DNA of 64,000 nt from an uncultured Thermoleophilia bacterium. Lineage in GTDB: Bacteria > Actinomycetota > Thermoleophilia > Solirubrobacterales > 70-9. A program made the position numbers and the translations under genes. Within the stretch, counting starts at the first letter, position 1. Every line of letters begins with the position of its first letter. The notes beneath the pieces are model-generated. The model did not search any database. It was not told the origin of the DNA and saw only the letters and a list, made by a program, of their open reading frames with translations. Below, piece by piece: positions 55,035 through 64,000 of the stretch. The stretch covers positions 1,436,887-1,500,886 of the forward strand of contig CAWGON010000002.1 of NCBI GenBank assembly GCA_963824245.1, in the 5' to 3' direction.

Positions 55035-55156
55035 GCGTCCGGCCTGGCGGCGTTCCGCCGCGTGAGAAGACTCTTTTGGCCCGGGCGCCGAACCTCGTTT
55101 TCGTGGTCGTCGGCGCGCGCTGACGGTCAGCACCCAGGAAGTACGATTTCAGCGGC

Positions 55157-56259
55157 ATGGAGAAAGGCTCAGACAGAATGCACATCGGGATGGGGGGCGC
55201 CAAGAGAGACCAGGTCAGGGACCAGCGGATCGCCAAAGTGGTCGAGCTGTCCCCGCCGGAAAGACTGCTCGAGGAGCTCCCGCTCGGCTCCGAGCGGGCG
55301 CAGGCGGTCGTCAAAGGAAGGGAAGAAGTCGTCGAGGTCCTGCACGGGCGCGATCAGCGGCTGATGGTCGTGGTCGGGCCGTGCAGCGTGCACGACCCGA
55401 AAGCGGCGCTGGAGTACGCGACCAGGCTCAGCGCCCTGGCGAAGCAGATCGAGGACGAGGTGCTGATCGTGATGCGCGTCTACTTCGAGAAGCCGCGGAC
55501 GACGACCGGCTGGAAGGGACTGATCAACGACCCGCACCTGGACGGCTCCGGCGACGTCAACGCCGGCCTGCGGATCGCCCGCGAGCTGCTGCTGAAGGTG
55601 GTCGGGATGGGGCTGCCGGTCGGCTGCGAGTTCCTCGACCCGATCATCCCCGCAGTACATCTCGGACACGGTCGCCTGGGGCGCGATCGGGGCGCGGACG
55701 ACCGAGAGCCAGACCCACCGCCAGCTCGGCTCCGGCCTCTCGATGCCGATCGGCTTCAAGAACCGCACCGACGGCAACATCCAGGTGGCGGTCGACGCGG
55801 TCCGGGCGGCCGCGGCTCCGCACGCCTTCGCCGGCATCGACGACGCCGGCCAGCCGGCGATCCTGCACACGACCGGCAACCCCGACTGCCACATCATCCT
55901 CCGCGGCGGCCACGGCCAGCCGAACTACCACGTGCCCGAGGTCGAGGACGCGCTGGTCACGCTCGGCGTCGCCGGGCTGCCGGAGCGCCTGGTCATCGAC
56001 GCCTCCCACGACAACAGCGCCAAGGACCCCGAAAAGCAGTTCTTCGCGGCCGGCGAAATCGCCGACCAGATCGCCGACGGCAACAAGGCGATCGTCGGGG
56101 TGATGCTGGAGTCGTTCCTCAAGGAGGGCCGCCAGGACCTGCGTCCCGGGCGAGGACCTGGTCTACGGGCAGTCGGTGACCGACCCCTGCATCGACTGGG
56201 AGGACACGGTCACCGCGCTGGAGCGGTTCGCCTCGGCGGTCGAGGCGCGGCGCACTTGA
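55157..56259 (+). CDS. aroG: 3-deoxy-7-phosphoheptulonate (DAHP) synthase, class I; two frame breaks (near 55660 and 56140); start may be 55178 or 55190
   Basis: [53 protein letters not shown] and DASHDNS. Confidence 0.85.
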
Positions 56260-57350
56260 GCGAGGGCCCCAGAGTCGCGATCCTCGGGGTGGGCCTGATC
56301 GGCGGCTCGATCGGGCTCGCCGCGCGCCGCCGGCTCGGGGCCGAGGTGGTCGGCTGGGGCCGCAGCCCGGAGCGGATCGCCAGGGCGGTCGAGCTCGGGG
56401 CGCTCGATCGCGGCGCCGATTCGGTGGAGGCGGCCTGCGCCGGCGCCGACCTGGTCTTCTGCGCCGGCCCGGTCGGGCTGTTGCCGGAGCAGGCGGCCGC
56501 GGCGCTGGCGGCCAGCGGCGAGGACACCGTGGTCAGCGACGTCGGCTCGACCAAGGGGGAGCTGGTCGACGCCCGCGGCGGCGACGAGCGCTTCATCGGC
56601 GGGCACCCGCTGGCCGGGGCGGAGACGGCCGGGGTCGAGAACGCCCGCGAGGACCTCTTCGAGGGCGCGCGCTGGTACCTGACTCCGACAGAGCGCTCCA
56701 GCGGCCTGCTCTACGACCGCCTCCAGCGCGCCGTCGCCGGGCTCGGCGCCCGCCCGCTGGCGATCGACCCGCACGCCCACGACCGGATGATGGCGACGGT
56801 CAGCCACCTCCCGCACGTGGTCGCCAACGCGCTCGCCGCCGAGGCGTCCGAGTCGCTGACCAGGGACTCCGAGCGGCTGCCCGAGATCGGCCCGAGCTTC
56901 CGCGACACCACCCGCGTAGCCGGCTCCAACCCGGCGATCTGGGCCGACATCTTCGCCAGCAACCGCGACGCCGTCGCCGACTCGGTCGAGTCGGTGGCCC
57001 GGCGCCTGGAGGCGGCCGCGCGGCTGATCCGGGCCGGCGATCGCGACGCCGTCGCCGCCTGGCACGCCGCCGCCGGCGAGGACCGCCGTCGCCTGCTCGA
57101 GTCCGAGCTCGCCGCCGGGCCGCTGCGGGAGCTGCGGATCGTCGTCGCCAACCGGCCCGGGACGATCGCCGAGCTGGCCCTGGCGCTGGGCGAGGCCGGC
57201 GTCAACATCGAGGACATGGCGCTCTACCCCGCAGCCGACATGACCTCCGGCGCGGTCACCCTCTGGGTCGCCGGCGACGAGCAGGCGGCGCGGGCGGCCG
57301 ATCTGATCCACGGCCTCGGCCACACCGTCAGCGTCCTCGACGGCGAGTAG
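56256..57350 (+). CDS. tyrA: Prephenate dehydrogenase with a C-terminal ACT domain
   Basis: [29 protein letters not shown] and SHLPHVVA. The ACT-like part is [26 protein letters not shown]. The TTGA overlap links it to aroG. Confidence 0.85.
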   Translation: MSEGPRVAILGVGLIGGSIGLAARRRLGAEVVGWGRSPERIARAVELGALDRGADSVEAACAGADLVFCAGPVGLLPEQAAAALAASGEDTVVSDVGSTKGELVDARGGDERFIGGHPLAGAETAGVENAREDLFEGARWYLTPTERSSGLLYDRLQRAVAGLGARPLAIDPHAHDRMMATVSHLPHVVANALAAEASESLTRDSERLPEIGPSFRDTTRVAGSNPAIWADIFASNRDAVADSVESVARRLEAAARLIRAGDRDAVAAWHAAAGEDRRRLLESELAAGPLRELRIVVANRPGTIAELALALGEAGVNIEDMALYPAADMTSGAVTLWVAGDEQAARAADLIHGLGHTVSVLDGE

Positions 57351-57361
57351 GGGGCGCGAGG

Positions 57362-58658
57362 ATGCCGGACGCCCGCTTCGAGCCCTCGGGACCCCTGCGC
57401 GGCGGCCTGCGCCCGCCCTCGGACAAGTCGATCTCCCACCGGGCGGCGCTGATCGCGGCGATGGGGGAGGGGACGACGACGATCGACGGCTATCTCGACG
57501 CCGCCGACACCCACTCGACCCTGCGCGCCGTCGAGGCCCTCGGGGCCGGGGTCGAGAGCGCCGACGGTCTGCGGCCGGAGCTGCGGATCGAGGGGGTCGG
57601 GCTGCGCGGTCCGCGCCCGGCGGCGATCGACGTCGGCAACGCCGGCACCCTGCTGCGGCTGCTGCCGGGCTGGCTGGCCGGGCAGGAGATCGGCGCGTGG
57701 ACGCTCGACGGCGACGACTCGATCCGCAAGCGCCCGGTCGACCGGATCGCGATCCCGCTGCGGGAGATGGGGGCCAGCCTGAGCGCCCGCGAGGAGCGGC
57801 TGCCGCCGCTGCGGATCGATGCCGCGCCGCTGCAGGGGATCGCCTACGAGATGCCGATCGCCAGCGCCCAGGTGAAGTCCTGCCTGCTGTTCGCCGGACT
57901 GCTGGCCGAGGGCGAGACGAGCGTCGTCGAGCCGCACCCGAGCCGCGACCACAGCGAGCGGATGCTGGCCGCCGCCGGGGCCGAGATCGGCAGCGAGGGC
58001 GGGACCGTCACCGTGCGCCCGGCCGCGCGCCTGGAACCGGGCGAGATCGCCGTCCCCGCCGACATCTCCTCCGCCGCCTTCTTCGTCGTCGCCGGGCTGC
58101 TGGTCGCGGACAGCGAGGTGGTGCTGGAGGGGGTCGGCGTCAACCCAACCCGGACCGGCCTGCTGGCGATCCTCGAGCGGATGGGGGCCGAGATCGAGGC
58201 CGAGCCGGTGGGCGAACGCGGGGGCGAGCCGACCGCCCGCCTGCGGATCCGCCCGGCGCCATTGCGCGGGACCGAGGTCGGCGGCGCCGAGATCCCGCTG
58301 GCGATCGACGAGCTGCCGCTGGTCGCGCTCGCCGCCTGCTTCGCCGAGGGGACGACGACGATCCGCGATGCCGCCGAGCTGCGCCGCAAGGAGTCCGACC
58401 GGGTCGAGACCGTGAGCGCGGCGCTGCGAGCGCTCGGCGGCGAGGTCGAGCCGACCGCCGACGGGATGGTCGTCGACCGGGACCGGCGGCCTGCGCGGCG
58501 GCACGATCTCCTCCCACGGCGACCACCGGATCGCGATGCTCGGCGCGGTCGCCGGCCTCGCCTCCCGCGAGGGGGTCGAGGTCGAGGGGATGGACGCCGC
58601 CGCGGTCAGCTATCCGGGCTTCGAGGGCGACCTCGGCTCGCTGCTGGGCGGCGGCTGA
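57362..58658 (+). CDS. aroA: 3-phosphoshikimate 1-carboxyvinyltransferase (EPSP synthase); one frame break near 58480
   Basis: [27 protein letters not shown] and ELRRKESDR. The frame-corrected C-terminus is [15 protein letters not shown]...[10 protein letters not shown]. Confidence 0.88.
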
Positions 58659-58693
58659 GCGGCGGCGGGAATCGTCCTGAGCTTCCGCATCCA

Positions 58694-58699
58694 TACCCT
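58694..58699 (+). promoter_or_regulatory. -10-like TACCCT, 6 nt upstream of the cmk ATG
   Basis: The sequence reads caTACCCT-gagctg-ATG(58706). The same caTACCCT octamer precedes priA. Confidence 0.3.
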
Positions 58700-58705
58700 G
58701 AGCTG

Positions 58706-60680
58706 ATGGTCATCGCCATCGACGGTCCCGCCGGGGCCGGCAAGTCCTCCGTCGCTCGCGCGGTCGCCGCCGAGCTCGGCTTCACCTACCTCGACTCCGG
58801 GGCGATGTACCGCTGCGTGGCGCTGGCCGCGCTCGAGGCCGGCGCCGACCTCGACGACGGCGCGGCGCTGGACGAACTGGCCGCCGGGCTCGAGATCGAC
58901 CTCGACGGCCGCCGGGTGCTGCTCGGCGGGCGCGACGTCAGCACCGCGATCCGCGACCCGCAGGTGACCGCCGCCGCCTCCCGGGTCTCCGTCCACCCCG
59001 GCGTGCGCGAGGCGATGGTCGAGCGCCAGCGCCAGCTGATCGCCGCCGCCGACTACGTCGCCGAGGGGCGCGACATCGGCACCGTGGTCAGCCCCGAGGC
59101 GCCGCTCAAGGTCTTCCTCACCGCCTCCGACGAGGAGCGGGCGCGCCGCCGCGCGGCGGAGACCGGCGAGGACTTCGAATCGGTGCTCGACGCCCAGCGC
59201 CGCCGCGACGCCCGCGACACCGAGCGCGAGCACGGCGCCCTGCGCGCCGCCGAGGACGCGGTCGAGCTCGACACATCGTCGATGGGCTTGGAAGAGGTCG
59301 TCGGCCGGGTCGTCGCCGCGCGACTGGCCGAAGCGAGCGCGTGGCCTCGCATGAGCGCGCCGATGAGCCCGCTGGTCGCCGTCGTCGGCTTCCCCAACGT
59401 CGGCAAGAGCACCCTGGTCAACCGCCTGGTCGGCGGCACCGAGGCGGTGACCGCGGCCGAGCCGGGGGTGACCCGCGACCGCAAGCGGCTGGCGACCGAG
59501 TGGAACGGGCGTCGCCTTCGAGCTGATCGACACCGGCGGCATCGACCTCGAGGACGAGGCGGAGCTGGCCCGCGACGTGCAGGCGCAGGCGCGGCTGGCG
59601 ATCGCCGAGGCCGACGCGGTGCTGATGGTCGTCGACGGCCGCGCCGGGCTGCGGGCCGGCGACGCCGAGCTGGCCAGGACCCTGCGCGGCGGCGGCGTCC
59701 CGGTGATCGTCGCCGTCAACAAAGCCGACCGTCCCAACGACTACGCCGCCACCGCCGAGTTCCACGCGCTCGGGCTGGGCGAGCCACTGGCGGTCTCGGC
59801 CACCCACGGGCTCGGCACCGGCGACCTGCTCGACGCGATCGTCACCGCGCTCGGCGAGCGCGAGCCGCGCCCCGAGGAGCCCGACGCGGTCCGGGTCGCG
59901 GTGATCGGCCGCCCCAACGTCGGCAAGTCCTCGCTCGTCAACGCCTTCCTCGGCTCCGACCGGGTGATCGTCTCCGACCTCGCCGGCACCACCCGCGACG
60001 CGATCGACACCGAGCTCGAGGTCGACGGGCGGCGGGTGATCCTGGTCGACACCGCCGGCCTGCGCCGCCGCTCCAAGGTCGCCGGCACGATCGACTACTA
60101 CGCGCAGCTGCGCTCCGAACGGGCGGTCGAGCGGGCCGACGTCGCGATCGTCGTCTGCGACGCCGCCGAGGGGGTCACCGCCGAGGACCTGCGGATCTCC
60201 GAGATGGCGATGAAGGCCGGCTGCGCCAGCCTGCTGGCGATGAACAAGTGGGACATCACCGAGACCGACATCGACGACGCCCGCGCCCGGGTGACCCGCA
60301 AGCTGCGACTGCGGCCGGCGGTCATCACCCTCTCGGCCGAGCGCGGCCGCAACGTCCCGGCGCTGCTGCCCCGGGCGCTGCAGCTGGCCGACCAGGCCGG
60401 CAAGCGGATCCCGACGCCGGAGCTGAACCGCTTCGTCGGCGCCGTGATGGCGAAAACGCCACCGCCGGCCAAACGCGGCCGCCGCCTGAAGACTCTCTAC
60501 GCGGCGCAGGTCGGGGAGCGGCCGATCCGGGTCGCGATCCAGGTCAACGACCGCAAGCTGATCAGCCGCGACTGGGCCTACCACCTGGAGAACCGGATGC
60601 GCGAGAACTACGAGCTCGAGGGCGTGCCGCTGGTGATCGATTTCGTCCCCCGCAGCGGCTATCGCGGTCGCGAGGACTGA
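58706..60680 (+). CDS. der: Fused cytidylate kinase / GTPase Der (EngA); one frame break near 59510
   Basis: The Cmk part has [13 protein letters not shown] and GRDIGTVV. With no stop in frame, Der follows: [15 protein letters not shown], then the second G domain [19 protein letters not shown] and a KH-like C-terminus. Confidence 0.8.
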
Positions 60681-60705
60681 TCCGCCACCGGGCGCGAATT
60701 CCCTC

Positions 60706-60711
60706 TAGGCT
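60706..60711 (+). promoter_or_regulatory. -10-like TAGGCT, 6 nt upstream of the metK ATG
   Basis: The sequence reads cTAGGCT-tccccg-ATG(60718). Confidence 0.35.
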
Positions 60712-60717
60712 TCCCCG

Positions 60718-61953
60718 ATGCCTACGACCAAGCCGCTCGCCGAGAACGAGCACCTCTTCACGTCCGAGTCAGTAACCGAGGGTCATCCCGACAAGGTTGC
60801 CGACCAGATCTCCGACGGCGTCCTCGACGCGATCATGGCCGAGGACCCGGGCGGCCGCGTCGCCTGCGAGACGCTCGTCAACACCGGCATGGCGGTCGTC
60901 TCCGGCGAGATCACGACCGACGTCCACCTCGACATCCCCGAGATCGTCCGCGAGACGGTGCGGGAGATCGGCTACACCGGCAAGTACGGCTACGACTGCG
61001 ACCACATCTCGGTCCTCGTCTCGCTCGACAAACAGTCCCCGGACATCGCCCAGGGCGTCGACGTCGCCTTCGAGGCGCGCACCGACCCGGCCGACGACGA
61101 CGAGCTGGACATCGCCGGCGCCGGCGACCAGGGGATGATGTTCGGCTACGCCAGCGACGAGACCGAGGCGCTGATGCCGATGCCGATCCACATCGCCCAC
61201 CGGCTCGCCGAACGGCTCGCGGCGGTGCGCAAGGACGGCACCCTCGGCTACCTCGGCCCCGACGGCAAGACCCAGGTCAGCGTCCGCTACGCCGACGGCC
61301 GCCCGGTCTCGGTCGACAAGCTGCTGATCTCCACCCAGCACGACGAGGGGGTCGACTCGGCGACCCAGATCAAGCCCGACCTCTGGGAGCACGTGGTGCT
61401 GCCGGTGCTGGCGGCGGAGGTCCCCGGCCGCTACGACGAGGCCGAACTGCTCGACGGCTTCCTCGTCAACCCGACCGGCAAGTTCGTGATCGGCGGCCCG
61501 GTCGGCGACGCCGGCCTCACCGGCCGCAAGATCATCGTCGACACCTACGGCGGCATGGCCCGCCACGGCGGCGGCGCCTTCTCCGGCAAGGACCCGTCCA
61601 AGGTCGACCGCTCGGCCGCCTACGCCGCCCGCTACGTGGCCAAGAACGTCGTCGCCGCCGGCCTCGCCGAGCGCTGCGAGGTCCAGGTCGCCTACGCGAT
61701 CGGCGTCGCCCACCCGGTCAGCCTGATGGTCGAGACCTTCGGCACCGGCAAGCTGCCGGACTCGCGGATCTCGCAGCTGGTCGAGGCGGAGTTCGACATG
61801 CGCCCCGGCGCCTTCCGCGAGTACCTCGACCTGCACCGGCCGATCTTCCAGAAGACCGCCGCCTACGGCCACTTCGGCCGCGAGGACGGCGACTTCACCT
61901 GGGAGCGGACCGACCGCGCCGACGCCCTCCGCGACGCCGCCGGCCCCGCCTAG
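60718..61953 (+). CDS. metK: S-adenosylmethionine synthase
   Basis: [48 protein letters not shown]. Confidence 0.95.
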   Translation: MPTTKPLAENEHLFTSESVTEGHPDKVADQISDGVLDAIMAEDPGGRVACETLVNTGMAVVSGEITTDVHLDIPEIVRETVREIGYTGKYGYDCDHISVLVSLDKQSPDIAQGVDVAFEARTDPADDDELDIAGAGDQGMMFGYASDETEALMPMPIHIAHRLAERLAAVRKDGTLGYLGPDGKTQVSVRYADGRPVSVDKLLISTQHDEGVDSATQIKPDLWEHVVLPVLAAEVPGRYDEAELLDGFLVNPTGKFVIGGPVGDAGLTGRKIIVDTYGGMARHGGGAFSGKDPSKVDRSAAYAARYVAKNVVAAGLAERCEVQVAYAIGVAHPVSLMVETFGTGKLPDSRISQLVEAEFDMRPGAFREYLDLHRPIFQKTAAYGHFGREDGDFTWERTDRADALRDAAGPA

Positions 61954-61960
61954 CCTTCGT

Positions 61961-62006
61961 CGTTTCCGACTTTTTGGGGCCTATGGCGCCCATAAAGTCG
62001 GAAACG
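61961..62006. terminator. Bidirectional hairpin between convergent metK and the bPH_2 gene
   Basis: cgtttccgacttt (61961-61973) pairs with aaagtcggaaacg (61994-62006). The inner bases pair partially and there is a short T-run in the loop region. Confidence 0.5.
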
Positions 62007-62013
62007 CGCGGGT

Positions 62014-62538
62014 CTAAACGTCCGGGTGTGCCGGCGGCTGGGCCTCGCCCAGGCCGTGCTCGCCGGCGGCGTGCACGCCGGTCGCCTGGTCGACCCGGTG
62101 GACGACTTCCTCGGGGCTGGCGACGCCGGCGAAGATGAAGCTGTTGTCGTCGGTCGCGGCGGTGTCGAAGTCGACGTCGCCGATCTGCATGATCCGCTGG
62201 TAGACCGACTGCTGGTAGTTGACGTTCTGGACCCGCTCCAGCCGCGTCTCCTGGATCTCCCGGGAGATGATCCCGCGCTTGATGTTGAGGCGGCGGTTGG
62301 TGATCGTGTACGTGGTCGCCACCCGTTTGACGAAGCCGATCAGCACGGTCAGGGCGATCGCGACGAGGACGACCAGGAAGGCGCTGCCGTTGCCGTCGAC
62401 GAGCTTGGCGATCACGCCGAGGATCGCCGCGACCACGACGCCCTTGAGGTAGAAGCCGAGGATCGCCCGCCAGGATGGGTGGCCCTCGAAGATCACCTGC
62501 TCCCCGGGGCTGAGATTGAGGCTCACGGGCGCCAGCAT
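62014..62538 (-). CDS. Membrane bPH_2 (YdbS/YdbT-like, DUF304) domain protein
   Basis: MLAPVSLNLSPGEQVIFEGHPSWRAILGFYLKGVVVAAILGVI, a second TM helix, then TYTITNRRLNIKRGIISREIQETRLERVQNV...IGDVDF. Confidence 0.7.
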   Translation of the reverse strand: MLAPVSLNLSPGEQVIFEGHPSWRAILGFYLKGVVVAAILGVIAKLVDGNGSAFLVVLVAIALTVLIGFVKRVATTYTITNRRLNIKRGIISREIQETRLERVQNVNYQQSVYQRIMQIGDVDFDTAATDDNSFIFAGVASPEEVVHRVDQATGVHAAGEHGLGEAQPPAHPDV

Positions 62539-62594
62539 AAGCGACCGGTCGGGCGCCCGCCAGGGGCGCTGGACACGGCGTCCCCGCGCGCCCA

Positions 62595-62600
62595 TACCCT
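62595..62600 (+). promoter_or_regulatory. -10-like TACCCT, 7 nt upstream of the priA GTG
   Basis: The sequence reads caTACCCT-cggcggg-GTG(62608). Confidence 0.3.
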
Positions 62601-62607
62601 CGGCGGG

Positions 62608-64000
62608 GTGTCCATCCTCAGGGTCGAGCCGCTGACCACCGCCCGCGCTCTGCGGGGCCCGTTCGACTACCGCCGCCCGGCGGCGATGGAGGGGCTGGAG
62701 GTCGGCAGCGTCGTCCGCGTGCCCTTCGGCCCGCGGCGCCTGCTCGGCGTCGTCGTCGAGCTCGCCGAGGCCTCCGAGCTGCCGCCGGAGCGGCTCGCCG
62801 AGCCGATCGAGGCGCTGGAGGTCGGGAGCCCCGGCGGAGCTGGTCGAGCTCGGCCTCTGGGTCGCCCGCGAGTACTGCTCGACGCCCTCGCGCGGGCTGC
62901 AGCTGGTGTTGCCGCCGGGGACCGGGACCGGCGGGCGCACCGTCCGCTCCAAGCTCGAGCTGCGGGCGGAGATCCTCCCGGCCGGCGAAGCGGCGCTCTC
63001 CGGCGGCGAGCGGCTCGGGGTCAAGCAGCGGGCGGCCCTGGAGGCGCTGAGCGCGGGGGAGATGTCGGGACCGGAGCTGGCCGCCGCGGTCGGCGCCGAC
63101 CGCGCGGCGCTGCGCCGGCTCGAGGCCCGCGGCCTGATCGCCACCCGCAGCTCGCGCCTGCGCCGCGCCCCCGGCGCCCCCGGCCTGCGCGCCCCCGCCG
63201 AGCGCCCGGAGCTCCTGCCCGAACAGCGCGCCGCCGTCGACGCCCTCGTCGCCGCGCTCGACGGCGAGCCCGGATCCCCCCGCGGGCAGCTCCTCCACGG
63301 AGTCACCGGCTCCGGCAAGACCGAGGTCTACCTGGCCGCCGTCGAGGCGGCGCTGGAGCGCGGGCGCGGGGCGATCGTGCTGGTCCCGGAGATCGGCCTG
63401 GCGCCGCAGGCGGTGGCCCGCTTCCGCGCCCGGCTCGGCGACCGCTTCGCGGTCCTGCACTCGGCCCTCTCGGCCGGCGAGCGCTACGACGAGTGGCGGC
63501 GCCTGCGCAGCGGCGAGGCGAGCGTCTGCGTCGGTCCGCGCTCGGCCGTCTTCGCCCCCGTCCGCGACCTCGGCCTGATCGTCATCGACGAGGAGCACGA
63601 CGCCTCCTACAAGCAGGAGGGCGACCCCACCTACGACGCCCGCGCGGTCGCCCGCAAACGCGCCGCCGACTGCGGCGCCGTGCTGGTCGCCGGCACCGCG
63701 ACGCCGCGTCCGGAGACCTGGCTGGAGCTGCCGCGGCTGGAGCTGCCTAGGCGGGTCGACGGGCTCGGGATGCCGCCGGTGAACCTGGTCGACATGCGCG
63801 AGGCCGACCCGCGCTCGGGCCCGCTGCACCCCGAGACCTGGGAGGCGCTGGAGGGGGTCCGTGCGGCCGGCGCCAAGGCGATCGTGATGATCAACCGCCG
63901 CGGCTTCGCCCCCTGGCTCACCTGCCGCTCCTGCGGGCACCACTGGGACTGCCCCAACTGCGACGTCTCGCTGATCGTCCACCGCCACAGCGGCCGCCTC
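62608..64000 (+). CDS. priA: Primosomal protein N' (PriA helicase), 5' part; continues past the window; frame-interrupted
   Basis: ILRVEPLTTARALRGPFDYR, LLHGVTGSGKTEVY (Walker A), VIDEEHDASYKQ, and the zinc motif CRSCGHHWDCPNCDVSLIVHR. There are at least 2 frame breaks (about 62830 and about 63740). Confidence 0.85.

Noticed and set aside
57362-60775. 1137-aa ORF suggesting an AroA-Cmk-Der polyprotein
   Set aside because: The AroA C-terminus ([15 protein letters not shown]...YPGFEGDL) lies in another frame and ends at 58658. The long ORF exists only because a probable indel near 58480 puts aroA into the cmk frame. Only the cmk-der part is a plausible fusion.

Overview
Very GC-rich chromosomal window of Actinomycetota type. 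The class is a guess (Thermoleophilia/Conexibacter-like), based on gene order, the absence of ftsA, Ku/LigD-Pol and many apparently leaderless genes.

Gene content, in order:
- An L,D-transpeptidase, corA, a DEAD-box helicase operon and a secreted S1 peptidase operon.
- A cobalamin-riboswitch-led ECF transporter locus with two DUF4430 proteins and a prenyltransferase-like toroid protein.
- A nitroreductase, glpD and a Rho-derived protein.
- An OmpR-type regulator, an ArsR-family regulator, a small histidine kinase and a tad/cpa pilus block (cpaB-cpaF-tadB-tadC).
- A three-gene McrBC-like island.
- A complete dcw cluster (mraZ to ftsZ, no ftsA).
- gcvT-gcvH-gcvPA-gcvPB, ligD(Pol)-ku, trpS, scpAB and rluB.
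- A DUF559 gene, an aromatic amino-acid block (aroH-hisC, aroG-tyrA-aroA), a cmk-der fusion, metK, a bPH_2 membrane protein and the 5' part of priA.

I recognised no rRNA, tRNA, CRISPR array or transposase.

Main points for follow-up:
1. The McrB/McrC-like pair has an unassigned N-terminal region of about 330 aa.
2. The B12-riboswitch locus resembles a split transcobalamin.
3. Short palindromic elements sit in frame inside murF and gcvPA.
4. Two near-identical 45-bp palindromes lie in divergent promoter regions.
5. A candidate aromatic leader peptide lies upstream of aroG.
6. A TANNNT hexamer recurs 6-8 nt (9 nt at aroG) upstream of start codons.

Caveat: many genes outside 22975-47270 are frame-interrupted in the sequence as given, including essential ones (aroA, der, priA). 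I treat these as probable indel errors, so the coordinates of those genes are approximate.
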